Notes under the pieces: model-generated
The model's input: the letters and a program-made list of their open reading frames with translations, nothing else
The model's database searches: none
Told to the model about the DNA's origin: nothing
Source of the DNA: Anaeramoeba ignava BMAN
Lineage: Eukaryota; Protista; Anaeramoebae
Reading direction: 5' to 3'
Assembly: GCA_028826165.1 (NCBI GenBank)
Contig: JAPDFW010000099.1
Location: 124,001 to 188,000 of the forward strand
Length of the DNA: 64,000 nucleotides
Position numbers and translations under genes: made by a program
Shown here: in pieces, positions 15,474 through 32,300 of the stretch
Numbering within the stretch: position 1 is the stretch's first letter
Layout of the letters: every line of letters begins with the position of its first letter

Positions 15474-16735
15474 ATGAAAATGAAAAAAAAAGGAACAATT
15501 TTTTGTCAAATATTTAATCTGTAATTTCAATCAATTAATCAAAAAAAAAATTAATTAAAAATAATTCAACTTGAAATTGATGTTATTTTTTGATACATAA
15601 TTAATTTTAGTAACCCTGAAGAACCACTAAATATTATCAAAATTATGAAAGAAATTCTTGAATTTTCAACAAGTGATTCAAATCAACAAATTACTATTCT
15701 TTTTAATTCTTGGAATTTGTAATTCAATTAAATCTAATTTATTTAAATTCAATTAAATCTAATTTATTTAAATTCAAATTTTAGGAATGAAAACAAAATA
15801 TTGGATAAAGATCAATTAGATAAACTTATTCAAGATATATATTTCTTAATTAATTGTTTAGAATTCAAAAAATTTGTTGGAAATATTAATGATTATATAG
15901 AAAATTTAAATCAAGAATATAAAGATAAATTTTATAAAGGAATTCAACAATTATTTCCAAAAAAAGAGATTGATGAAAAAATTGATAATTTGTTTAAATA
16001 TTTAAATTTAAAAGAAGATGAAGGAATTAATTTAAAAAACTTTCAAGAATATTGTGATAAAAATCCAGAAAATTTTGTGATTGAATTTTTAAATGCAATT
16101 AAATTGTTATTAAATCAAACATTTGAAGGATTTTTTATAACTGAAATTCCAACAAAATTAAAAAAATCAACTAAAATTGAAAATGAAATTGAAAAAGAAA
16201 TGATAAATTTAGAAGAAAGAATTAATCAATTAAAAATTGAAAATCAAAAGAAATTCACCAAATCATATCAAATACTAAATATAGATTGATTGAATTAGAA
16301 GAAGAAAAAGAAAAATACATTGAAAAATTAAAAGAAGAAAAAGAAGATTATGAAAAAAGAATTAAAAATTTAGAACAAAAATTAGATCAAATATTAAATA
16401 TTCCATCTCCAAAAAAAGGAGATATTGTTGAGTTTCAATTTTATAAAGGATTTTACATTAATTTTGAAAAAAGATTAATTTTACATCAAGTTGATATAAC
16501 AGAAACTATTTTTGGTTCACCTTCAAAAAATTTAAAAGGAAAAATTATTAATTATGAAGAAAAAGAAGTGAAAGTAAACTTAAAATTCCAAAATCAAATT
16601 TTTTTATTATTTTATTAATTAATTTTCTTTTATTTTTTTATAATAATAAAAATAAAAATAATAAGTTTGATAATTATTGTTGGCCTAAATGTTCTAAATA
16701 TTATGAAGTTTATTGCAAATCATTAAATAAATAAT
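15474..16735 (+). CDS. Degenerate EF-hand (NCS/calcineurin-B-like) + coiled-coil protein, probably 5'-truncated
   Basis: The spliced product reads FCQIFNL|NPEEPLNIIKIMKEILEFSTSDSNQQITILFNSWNL|NENKILDKDQLDKLIQDIY...IDNLFKYLNLKEDEGINLKNFQEYCDKNPE. This matches EF2-EF4 spacing of the NCS/CBL fold but lacks the DxDxDG ligands. There is a 1-nt shift near 16250. Confidence 0.5.
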
Positions 16736-16778
16736 TTAAAAATAAAAATAATTTTGAATTTTGAATTTTGAATTTTAT

Positions 16779-20829
<4,051 letters not shown>

Positions 20830-21024
20830 ATTTTTTAATTATTAAAAAAAAAATGAAAAAATGAATTTTTTAATTTGGAAATTGTTTTTTATTTTTGAAT
20901 TTATTTTCCTCAATTTTTTTTTCTTCTTTAATTATTATTTTTTCCAATAAAACCAAAACCAAAAATTGATTTCATTATTAAAGAACATCTATCTATCTTT
21001 TTTTTTGATTAAAAAAAATATTTA

Positions 21025-21480
21025 TTCTTCAGCACTTTTTTTCCTATCAATAATCCTTATACAATATTTAAAATCCTAATTTATTTTTCTTCTTTTCTTT
21101 GCTACAAAATTTTTATAATTCTCAAATTAATTATTTCTAAATTGAAAAAATTTTCTAATTCTCAAATTAATTTTTGGATATATTATCAAATTAATGAAAT
21201 AATGAAAATTTTGAAGAACATAATTATAAGAACATAATTTAAATTATTATAAATCCATGTAAGAACTAATAATATTTGATTTCTTAAATCCATTATTAGT
21301 TCTTCCTTCTTGAGCTTTCTTCTTTTGATTATTCTAGGATTTTTCATTCTTGAATTTTCAAATTTCTCAATAATTTCTTCAAAAAATTTCCTTTCTTTCT
21401 CCTTTCCTTAAACAATTAAAAATTGTTTGATTTTTTCATCACTTTTTGATAAAGATTGAGATAATCCATTTTCTTCTTTT
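21025..21480 (-). mobile_element. Decayed DDE transposase remnant (HTH_Tnp_4 + start of DDE_Tnp_4; PIF/Harbinger-ISL2EU/IS5-like)
   Basis: The minus strand reads ERKFFEEIIEKF...MDLRNQILLVLTWIYNNLNYVLIIMFFKI...YIQKL. After stops and a frameshift it reads DFKYCIRIIDR, resembling the FPxCxGIIDG first catalytic Asp. Confidence 0.5.
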
Positions 21481-23184
21481 TTTTTTTCATATAGAAAAGA
21501 AGATTTTTGTGAATAAAATTATAATTATTTTTTTAAACTAATTTCTATTTGAAATATGTATTCTAGTATGTGTATTGTCTTCAAAATAATTCAATTCCAA
21601 AAAAAAAATTAATTAATTAATTAAACTTATTCTTCATTCCATTTTAATTGAGATATAAAAACTCAAATAAGATAATTTCTCCACATATTCTTGCATTTGG
21701 AACATACATTATCAATCAAGAAGTTCGTTTATTCAGATAAGGTTGTGAATGAATAAGAATTAATTAATTAATCTCGATCCAAGATCTTTGATTAAAGTTT
21801 CTAGTTTTTTCCCTTTAGAAACTTCTCGACATCAATAATTGTGAGATGAAAATCTTTTTTTTTTTTAGGAAATCCTTTTCTTTATATATTTTCTTTCATT
21901 AAGAAAATCATCAATATTATCCTTTTTTTTTTCCTTTTTTTTTCCTTTTTTTATCCTTTTTTTTTCCTTTTTTTTGCAACTTTTTTTTGATATGATCTTA
22001 TGATTTGAATGAACAAAAATTAGGGAAATAAACATGACTTCCTTTTCAATGCTCTAAACAACTCAATACTTTATTTTGGAATTGTTTCACATTTTTTGAA
22101 GGAAAATATGAATCGTTTGATCTAGGAAACTAAATGATTCAGAAATTAATTTTTAAAGGGAAAACTTTTTAATGTTTTATCGAGAATTCCATTTTTGGTT
22201 ATTCACAATGGAATATAGAATAAAACAGTTTTTATTCTTTAATTTTTTCCTATTTTGAATTTGAGTTATTTTTATTGAGAAATTATTACTTAAGATAAGT
22301 GATTATAGATTTTCTTCATATTTTTTTGATTCCAAAAATAATAATTTTTATTTGTAAACTATGAATCTAACAATTCCAATTTTCGAAAAGTAAATCCTTG
22401 AGTTAAAGTAAAAAAGATTTAATATATTTTTATCTTCTAATATTTTTGATTTTTTTTTCAATTTGTAGGGAATTAAGGATAATATTTATTTATGATTGAA
22501 TTTTATTTTTTATTAATGATAGGATTTTGATCAACTATTTATAAATATAAATAAATAAAATCCAATTATTAATCAAAAAAAAAATCTGTTTTAAATTCAA
22601 ATTCAAATTTAATAATTACAGAAAAAAACAAATTTTTTTTTTGGGAATTTTCAAATCTATAAATAGATATCAATTAAATAAATTATTTATTGTTTATTTT
22701 TAATTCATTTTTAAATTAATTTGGATAATAAAACCTTTTTATAAATTTTATAAATAAATTATTTTATATTTTATTTTTAGTTTTTATTATTTAAATTTTT
22801 GATTAAATTTATATTAAAAATGTTCAAATTATTTTATTGATTGTTTAATAATAAAAATAAATAATAAAATTATATTTTATATTAATAATTTATTTCAAAA
22901 TGATTTATAATTTAAAATTAATTATAATATTATTATTTAATATTATTTTATTTTTGGAAGTAAAATTAATTAAATTTGATTTTTTTTGATTTAAAATTAT
23001 ATTGATTTTTAATTCATTTTTAAATTAATTTGGATAATAAAATCTTTTTATAAATTTTATAAATAAATTATTTTATATTTTAAATAACATTTTCTCTTTA
23101 TTTTTTTTTATATTTTTGTTTTTAAAATTTTTATTTAATTTTCTTTTCTTTTTTTTAATTTAAAAAAAAAATAAAAAAAAATGA

Positions 23185-24066
23185 AAAAAGTTTTTAAATC
23201 CTTTTCTTAATTAATTTTATTGCAAAATAATAAATCAATTATTATTAAAAATAAGTAAAATAATAAATAAATTATTTTAATTAATTTTATATCTTTATTT
23301 TAATAATTTTAATTTATTATTAATAATAAAAAGTTTTTAAATCATTCCTTAATTAATTTTAATGCAAAATAATAAATCAATTATTATTAAAAATAAGTAA
23401 AATAATAAATAAAATATTTTAATTAATTTTATCTCTTTATTTTTAATAATTATAATTTATTATTAATAATAAAAAGTTTTTAAATCCTTTCTTAATTAAT
23501 TTTAATGCAAAATAATAAATCAATTATTATTAAAAATAAGTAAAATAATAAATAAAATATTTTAATTAATTTTATTTCTTTTATTTTTAATAATTTTAAT
23601 TTATTATTAATAATAAAAAGTTTTTAAATCATTTCTTAATTAATTTTAATGCAAAATAATAAATTAATTATTATTAAAAATTAAGTAAAATAATAAATAA
23701 AATATTTTAATTAATTTTATATCTTTATTTTTAATAATATTAATTTATTATTAATAATAAAAAGTTTTTAAATCATTCCTTAATTAATTTTAATGCAAAA
23801 TAATAAATTAATTATTATTAAAAATTAAGTAAAATAATAAATAAAATATTTTAATTAATTTTATATCTTTATTTTTAATAATTTTAATTTATTATTAATA
23901 ATAAAAAAGTTTTTAAATCATTTCTTAATTAATTTTAATGCAAAATAATAAATCAATTATTATTAAAAAATAAGTAAAATAATAAATAAAATATTTTAAT
24001 TAATTTTATATCTTTATTTTTAATAATATTAATTTATTATTAATAATAAAAAAGTTTTTAAATCCT
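23185..24066. repeat. Tandem array A, ~6.3 x 142-145 bp
   Basis: The marker GCAAAATAATAAAT occurs at 23222, 23364, 23507, 23651, 23795 and 23940. Confidence 0.95.
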
Positions 24067-24154
24067 TTTTTTCTTCCATTCTTTTTCAAATTCTCAATTA
24101 AAAAATTATTTAAAATCCCAAAATTTTTTTTTCATTTTTTTTTCTTTTTTAAAA

Positions 24155-25906
24155 ATGAATGATTGTTTATTTTTTGGAAGAAATTATCAACCAACTCTTA
24201 TCAGAAATAAATCATATGAAATAACAAAACCAATTCAATTTAAATTTGAAAATGAAAAACAAATTAAACAAATTTCATCAGGAAGTTATTCAATAATTTT
24301 CCTTTTCAAAAATGGAAAAGCAATAGAATATTTAAATGAAAATGATTTAAAACAAAATCCTTCAAAAATCCAAATTGAAGAAAATATTCAAAAAATAACT
24401 GTTGGTTTTCAAAATGAAGCTATTTTAACAATAGAAGGAAATGTATTTGCCAAAGGAAAAGATATTAATCCAAATAATCCAAAAGAATTTATCAATATTT
24501 CATCATTAATTGAAGATACAAATGATAAAATAATTGAAGATATTGTTTCTGGACACAGTTCGATTTACTTATTAACTTCAAATCAAAATGCTTATGGAAT
24601 TGGTTCAAATCAAAATGGTCAACTTGGTTTTGATTCTGAAACACTTAATGAAACACAAAAGCCAATTTTAATAATGAAAAATGTTTCTAAAATATTTTCA
24701 GGAAATACTTCGAATTCTATTTTTCTCTTAAATTCAAATCAAGAATTATTTGGATGCGGAAATAATAAATTTGGCCAACTTGGACTAGGAGAATCAAGAA
24801 GAAAAATAAAAATCCAAAAATTAACACAATTACAAAATATTCCAAAAGGCAAAATAATTGATATTCAATGTGGATCGACTCATTCAATAATGTTGATTGA
24901 AAATGAAAATCAAAATCAAAATCCAAAAAGAAAACTTTATTCATGTGGAAATTATGAATATAATGGACTTGGCCAACATGCTGAAAAAAGTTATGAATTT
25001 ACTGAAATCAAATTAACTTTATTCGAAAATGATTATATTATTGATTTTTCTGTTGGAAATGCTCATACTTTGATTTTAACTTCCCATTTAAAATTAATTG
25101 GTTTTGGAGGTAATTTATTTGGTCAATTAGGAACTGGAAAGACAAATCGGAGTCAATTAATTCCAATTCAAATTGAACTTCCTAAATTAAGATTTAATAA
25201 AGATATTTCTAGTTATCATATTTCTTGTGGATATCGAAATTCATTTATTTATTATTCTCCTTTTTCTTTTTCCAATCTTGAAGAAGATTTGATAAAATTA
25301 TTTGAAAGAAAAGAATTTTGTGATATTTCATTTAAAACCAAAAATGGAGAAATAATCAAAGCTCATAAATTAATATTAAAATATAGATTAAATCAAAATC
25401 AAAATAAAATTGAAAAACTTCAAGAAATTATTTCAAAAAAATCAATTAAAGAATCAAATCAAATATTTGAAATGATTTATTCAAATAATTCTAAAATAAA
25501 TCCAAAATTATATTCAGAAATTAAAGAAATTATAAATTCAAATGAAAAAATTGAAGAAACAATGAAAAGAATTTATTTAAATGAAAATGAAAATGAAAAA
25601 GATTTTATAATTGAAAGAAAAGAAAAGAAATATAAATTTCCTAAATTAATATTAATAATGAGAAGTGAATTATATCGAGGAATGTTTTTATCTGTAACTG
25701 AAGATAAATCAAATAAAGTTACAGATTATAGTGAATTAAGTAATAAATCATTTCAAATATTTGAATATTGGATTTATTCAAATAAAATTAAAGAAGGAAT
25801 TCAAATTACACAAGAAATTATTGATGAAATTCAAATTGGAATTGATTATTTTCAATTAAATCAAACATATCCAAATTTATTTGATTTATTAATTAACAAA
25901 TTTTAA
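24155..25906 (+). CDS. RCC1-repeat beta-propeller + C-terminal tandem BTB/POZ protein (copy 1)
   Basis: RCC1 motifs GxNxxGQLG and IxCGxxHS are present. BTB motifs are FCDISF...IKAHKLIL and KDFII...FPKLILIMRSELYRGMF. Intronless, 583 aa. Confidence 0.93.
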   Translation: MNDCLFFGRNYQPTLIRNKSYEITKPIQFKFENEKQIKQISSGSYSIIFLFKNGKAIEYLNENDLKQNPSKIQIEENIQKITVGFQNEAILTIEGNVFAKGKDINPNNPKEFINISSLIEDTNDKIIEDIVSGHSSIYLLTSNQNAYGIGSNQNGQLGFDSETLNETQKPILIMKNVSKIFSGNTSNSIFLLNSNQELFGCGNNKFGQLGLGESRRKIKIQKLTQLQNIPKGKIIDIQCGSTHSIMLIENENQNQNPKRKLYSCGNYEYNGLGQHAEKSYEFTEIKLTLFENDYIIDFSVGNAHTLILTSHLKLIGFGGNLFGQLGTGKTNRSQLIPIQIELPKLRFNKDISSYHISCGYRNSFIYYSPFSFSNLEEDLIKLFERKEFCDISFKTKNGEIIKAHKLILKYRLNQNQNKIEKLQEIISKKSIKESNQIFEMIYSNNSKINPKLYSEIKEIINSNEKIEETMKRIYLNENENEKDFIIERKEKKYKFPKLILIMRSELYRGMFLSVTEDKSNKVTDYSELSNKSFQIFEYWIYSNKIKEGIQITQEIIDEIQIGIDYFQLNQTYPNLFDLLINKF

Positions 25907-26610
25907 TTCAAATTTAAAATTAAAATTAAAATTAAAATTAAAATTAAAATTAAAATTCAAAATTAAAATTAAAATTAAAATTAAAATTAAAATTAAAATT
26001 AAAATTAAAATTAAAATTAAAATTAAAATTAAAATTAAAATTAAAAATTAAAATTAAAATTAAAATTAAAATTAAAATTAAAATTAAAATTAAAATTAAA
26101 ATTAAAATTAAAATTAAAATTAAAATTAAAAATTAAAATTAAAATTAAAAATTAAATTAAAAATTAAAATTTAAATTAAAATAAAATTAAAAATCAAAAA
26201 TCAAAATTAAAATTAAAATTAAAATTTTAAAATTATTTTAAAATTTTACTTTTTAAAAATTAAAATTCGTAAAATTCAATAAAAATAAAAAAAAAATTAA
26301 AATAAAAATAAAATAAAATTAAAATTAAAAAAATAAAATTAAAATAAATAAATAAAATTAAAAAAAATAAATAAAAATTAAAATTAAAATTAAAAATAAA
26401 TTAAAAATTAAAATTAAAATTAAAATTAAATTAAAATTAAAATTAAAATTAAAATAAAAAAAAAATTAAAAAAAAATAAAATAAAATTAAAATAAAATTA
26501 AAAATCAAAATAAAAATAAAAATTAAAAATAAAATTAAAATTAAAATTAAAATTAAAATTAAAATTAAAATTAAAATAAAATTAAAAATAAAAATTAAAA
26601 AATTTTAAAA
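25907..26610. repeat. (TTAAAA)n microsatellite
   Basis: Direct sequence. The same repeat follows the other two RCC1-BTB copies. Confidence 0.9.
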
Positions 26611-26659
26611 TTATTTTTATTTTTTTTTTACTTTTGATTAAATTCGTTATTCAATAAAA

Positions 26660-27448
26660 ATAAAAAGTGGAATAAAAATAAATAAAAATAAATATATATA
26701 AATATATATAAATAACCTAGATAAATGAAATTAAAAAATAAGAAGAAAAAAATAAATTTAAATTAAATTAAATTAATTAATCCTAAATAATTATAATTAA
26801 ATAAAAGTGGAATAAATATAAAGTGGAATAAAAATAAATAAATAAAAATATAAATAACCTAGATAATAAATAAAAAAAAAGAAGAAAAAATAAATTAAAT
26901 TAATTAAAAAATAATTAAAAAGTGGAAAAATAAATTAAAATTTAAATTAAATTAATTAATCCTAAATAATTATAATTAAATAAAAGTGGAATAAATATAA
27001 TTAAAAAGTGGAATAAATAAAAATAAATAAATATATAAATATATATAAATATATAAATAACCTAGATAAATGAAATTAAAAAATAAGAAGAAAAAAATAA
27101 ATTTAAATTTAAATTTAAATTAATTAATCCCAAATAATTATAATTAAATAAAGTGGAATAAATATAAAGTGGAATAAAAATAAATAAATAAAAATAAAAA
27201 TAAAAATAAATAAATATAAATATATAAATAACCTAGATAAATGAAATTAAAAAATAAGAAGAAAAAAATAAATTAAAATTAAATTAAATTAATTAATCCT
27301 AAATAATTATAATTAAATAAAAATGGAATAAATAAAATAAATAAAATAAAAATAAAAAAATATAAATATATATAAATAACCTAGATAAATGAAATTAAAA
27401 AATAAGAAGAAAAAAATAAATTAAATTTTAAATTAAATTAATTAATCC
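26660..27448 (+). repeat. Tandem array D (5 units, 142-203 bp) abutting the tRNA
   Basis: TAACCTAGATAA occurs with CCTAG at 26716, 26858, 27061, 27232 and 27380. Four units end in AATTAATTAATCC. Confidence 0.9.
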
Positions 27449-27518
27449 CGGGTAGCTCAGTCGGTAGAGCGTTTGGCTTTTAACCAAAATGTCGTCGGTT
27501 CGAGCCCGGCCTCGGGAG
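27446..27518 (+). tRNA. tRNA-Lys (anticodon UUU)
   Basis: The acceptor stem is TCCCGGG/CTCGGGA, the D arm GCTC..GAGC and the anticodon arm TTTGG-CTTTTAA-CCAAA. The T loop is GGTTCGAGCC, and a poly-T terminator follows. Confidence 0.97.
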
Positions 27519-28279
27519 TTATTTTTTTTTAGTTATTTTTTTTTATTTTTATTTTTTTTTTTTTATTTTTGTTTTATTTTTATTTTAATTTAAAGAAAAA
27601 AAAAGTGGAATTTAATTTAATTCTCCAAAAAAAAAATTTTTTTCCTTTTTCTTCTTATTTTTATTTTTTTATTATTTAAATCAAAATCAAAAATAAAAAT
27701 AAATTTGGAATTAATTTAATTTTCAAAAAGAAATAATTTAGAATTTAGAATTTAAAAATTCAAAAATTCAAAAATTCAAATTTTTAAAAATAAAATAAAA
27801 GAATTAAAAGAAAATAAAAATTTTTAAAAATAATTTCTTTTTCTTTTTCTTTTTCTTTGAAATTTTTTTTTGTTAAGATTGATTTAAAATCAAAATGGAA
27901 ATTTAGGGAAAATTTTCCTTAAATTTAAAAATTAATTTTGAAATGTTCAATAATAATTTTTTTTTTGTTGAATTAATTTGAATTGAAAATATCCTTTTTT
28001 TTTTTTAATAAATTAAAATTGATTTATTAATAAAAATAAGAACAAAACAAAACAAAAAATTGATTTATTTATTTAAATTACAAAAATCAAAAAATTTTTC
28101 AATTTTCATTAGAAACAGAATTTATTCATAAAAATATCATTTTATTAAATTCTCTAAAAAATTTCAAATAATAATAATAATTTTATTAAATAAATGTGAT
28201 AAAATTAAATTTTCAATATTTAAATTTAATCGAAAAAAAAGGAAAATATTATTTATTTTGAAAAGTGGAATTTGTGTTA

Positions 28280-29045
28280 ATTTATTTTATTTCATAATTT
28301 AAAATAGAAATTAATTATAATTTATTTATAATTTATTTTTAAAATATATCAAAATATTTATAAAATTGATTAATATCTTAATATTTATTATTTTAATTTC
28401 TATATTTTATTTATTAAATATTTTAATTTATTTTATTTCAAAAATTTAAAATGGAAATTATTTATAATTTATTTTATAATTTTAAAATATAACAAAATAT
28501 TTATAAAATTGATTAATATCTTAATATTTATTATTTCAATTTCTATATTTTATTTATTAAATATTTTGATTTATTTTATTTATAATTTTAAAATTTATTT
28601 TAATTTATTTTTAAAAATATCAAAATATTTTAAAATTGATTAATATAATTAATAATTTAATTTTTATATTTTTATTTAAAATATTTTATTTATTTTATCC
28701 CAAAATTTAAAATTTATTATAATTTATTTATAATTTATTTTTAAAATTATATCAAAATATTTATAAAATTGATTAATATCTTAATATTTATTATTTCAAT
28801 TTCTATATTTTATTTATTAAATATTTTGATTTATTTTATCCCAAAATTTAAAATAGAAATTATTTATAATTTATTTATAATTTATTTTAAAATTATATCA
28901 AAATATTTATAAAATTGATTAATATCTCAATATTTATTATTCCAATTTTTATATTTTATTTATTAAATATTTTGATTTATTTTATTTCATAATTTAAAAT
29001 GGAAATTAATTATAATTTATTTATAATTTATTTTTAAATTATAAA
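28280..29045. repeat. Tandem array B, ~5 x 127-146 bp
   Basis: The marker AAAATTGATTAATAT occurs at 28362, 28505, 28632, 28765 and 28911. Confidence 0.9.
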
Positions 29046-29342
29046 TTTATTGTTATTTCTTTTCTCAAATTTTTTTTTCCTTTTTTTTGTTTAAATAAAA
29101 AATAAAAAGTGGAATTTGATCAAAAAAAAAAGGAATAAAATAAAATAAAATAAAAAATTGGATTATGTCACTCATTTTTTAATTTATTTTTTTTAATTAA
29201 AATTAATTTAAATTGAATGATGTCATTCATTTTTATTTTATTGATTTAAAAGAAAAAAAAAAGAATAAAATTTTTTTCATTTTTTTCATTTTTCTTTCTT
29301 TTTTTTTCTTTTAAATTTGTTTAAAAATAAAATTTTTAAATA

Positions 29343-32300
29343 ATGAATTCAAACAAAAAATTAAATAAAGTTTATAAAGCAATTAAAACAAATAATCTTA
29401 AATTTTTTGATTCAATTCCAACTTTAAGAGGCTCAAAAAAAATTGAAAAAGAAAATGAATCTTTTATATTTTATGCTCTAAAAAACAATTCATCAAATGA
29501 AATTATTCAAAAACTTATTGAAAAAGGAACAAACCTAAATTGTGTTGATTATTATAAAAATACACCTTTACATATTGCTTTACAATATAAATATTCAAAA
29601 GAAATTATTGAATTATTGATTTCCAAAGAATCTAATATTAATTCCAAAAATAAACAAAATGAAACACCTTTACATATTGCTTTACAATATCAAAATTCAA
29701 AAGAAATTATTGAATTATTAATTTCTAAAGGAGCTGATCTTAATTCCAAAAATAATAAAAATGAAACACCTTTACATATTGCTTTACAATATCAAAATTC
29801 AAATGAAATTATTGAATTATTAATTTCTAAAGGAGCTGATCTTAATTCCAAAAATATATGGTATGAAAAAACACCTTTACATATTGCTTTACAATATAAA
29901 TATTCAAAAGAAATTATTGAATTATTAATTCCCAAAGAATCTGATATTAATTCCAAAAAATAAATGGAATAAAACACCTTTACATATTGCTTTAAAAAAT
30001 GAAAATTCAAAAGAAATTATTGAATTATTAATTTCCAAAGGAGCTGATATTAATTCCAAAAGTATATGGGATGAAACACCTTTACATTTTGCATTGAAAA
30101 ATAAATATTCAAATGAAATTATTGAATTATTAATTTACAAAGGAGCTAATATTAATTCAAAAAATTATCAAAATGAAACACCTTTACATTTTGCATTGAA
30201 AAATAAATATTCAAATGAAATTATTGAATTATTAATTTACAAAGGAGCTAATCTTAATTCCAAAAATAATAAAAATGAAACACCTTTACATATTGCTTTG
30301 AAAAATCAATATTCAAATGAAATTATTGAATTATTAATTTCCAAAGAATCTAATCTTAATTCCAAAAATAATAAAAATGAAACATCTTTACATATTGCTT
30401 TACAAAATCAATATTCAAATGAAATTATTGAATTATTAATTTCCAAAGGATCTAATATTAATTCAAAAAATAGATGGAATAAAACACCTTTACATATTGC
30501 TTTACAAAATAAATATTCAAATCAAATTATTGAATTATTAATTTACAAAGAATCTGATATTAATTCCAAAAATAATCAAAATGAAATACCTTTAGATATT
30601 GCTTTACAAAATAAATATTCAAATCAAATTATTGAATTATTAATTTCCAAAGGATCTAATATTAATTTAATGCATAGATGGAATGAAATACCTTTACATA
30701 TTGCTTTACAAAATAAATATCCAAATCAAATTATTGAATTATTAATTTCCAAAGAATCTAATATTAATCCCAAAAATAATCAAAATGAAATACCTTTACA
30801 TATTGCTTTACAAAATAAATATTCAAATGAAATTATTGAATTATTAATTTCCAAAGAAGCTGATATTAATTCCAAAAATAATCAAAATGAAACACCTTTA
30901 CACATTGCTTTAAAAAATAAATATTCAAATGAAATTATCAAATTATTAATTTCCAAAGGAGTTGATATTAATTCCAAAAATAATCAAAATGAAACACCTT
31001 TACATATTGCTTTACAAAATCAATATTCAAATGAAATTATCAAATTATTAATTTCCAAAGAATCTGATATTAATTCCAAAAATAATCAAAATGAAATACC
31101 TTTACATATTGCTTTACAAAATCAATATTCAAATGAAATTATCAAATTATTAATTTCCAAAGGATCTGATATTAATTCCAAAAATAATCAAAATGAAATA
31201 CCTTTACATATTGCTTTACAAAATAAATGTTCAAATCAAATTATTGAATTATTAATTTCTAAAGGATCTGATATTAATTCCAAAAATAAACAAAATGAAA
31301 TGCCTTTACATATTGCTTTACAAAATCAATATTCAAATCAAATTATTGAATTATTAATTTCCAAAGGAGTTGATATTAATTCCAAAAATAATCAAGATGA
31401 AATACCTTTACATATTGCTTTACAAAATAAATATCCAAATCAAATTATTAAATTATTAATTTCCAAAGGAGTTGATATTAATTCCAAAAATAATCAAAAT
31501 GAAATACCTTTACATATTGCTTTACAAAATAAATATTCAAATGAAATTATTGAATTATTAATTTCTAAAGGATCTGATATTAATTCCAAAAATAATCAAA
31601 ATGAAATACCTTTACATATTGCTTTACAAAATAAAAATCCAAATGAAATTATCAAATTATTAATTTCCAAAGGAGTTGATATTAATTCCAAAAATAATCA
31701 AAATGAAATACCTTTACATATTGCTTTACAAAATAAATATTCAAATCAAATTATTGAATTATTAATTTCCAAAGATTCTAATCTTAATTCAAAAAACTAT
31801 TGGAACGAAATACCTTTACATATTGCTTTACAAAATAAAAATTCAAATCAAATTATTGAATTATTAATTTCCAAAGGAGTTGATCTTAATTCCAAAAATA
31901 ATCAAAATGAAATACCTTTACATATTGCTTTACAAAATAAAAATCCAAATGAAATTATCAAATTATTAATTTCCAAAGGATCTGATATTAATTCAAAAAA
32001 TAAACAAAATGAAATACCTTTACATATTGCTTTACAAAATAAAAATTCAAATGAAATTATTGAATTATTAATTTCCAAAGGATCTGATATTAATTCAAAA
32101 AATAATCAAAATGAAATACCTTTACATATTGCTTTACAAAATAAATATTCAAATCAAATTATTGAATTATTAATTTCCAAAGAATCTGATATTAATTCCA
32201 AAAATAATCAAAATGAAATACCTTTACATATTGCTTTACAAAATAAATATCCAAAAGAAATTATTGAATTATTAATTTCCAAAGGATCTGATATTAATTC

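Noticed and set aside
22695-23082. ~80-bp direct repeat pair (spacing ~309 bp) as LTRs/TSDs
   Set aside because: There is no internal coding sequence or terminal motif, so it is likely a local AT-rich duplication.
25907-26610. (TTAAAA)n as an interstitial telomere
   Set aside because: The same repeat fills many introns and spacers and has no G-rich strand.
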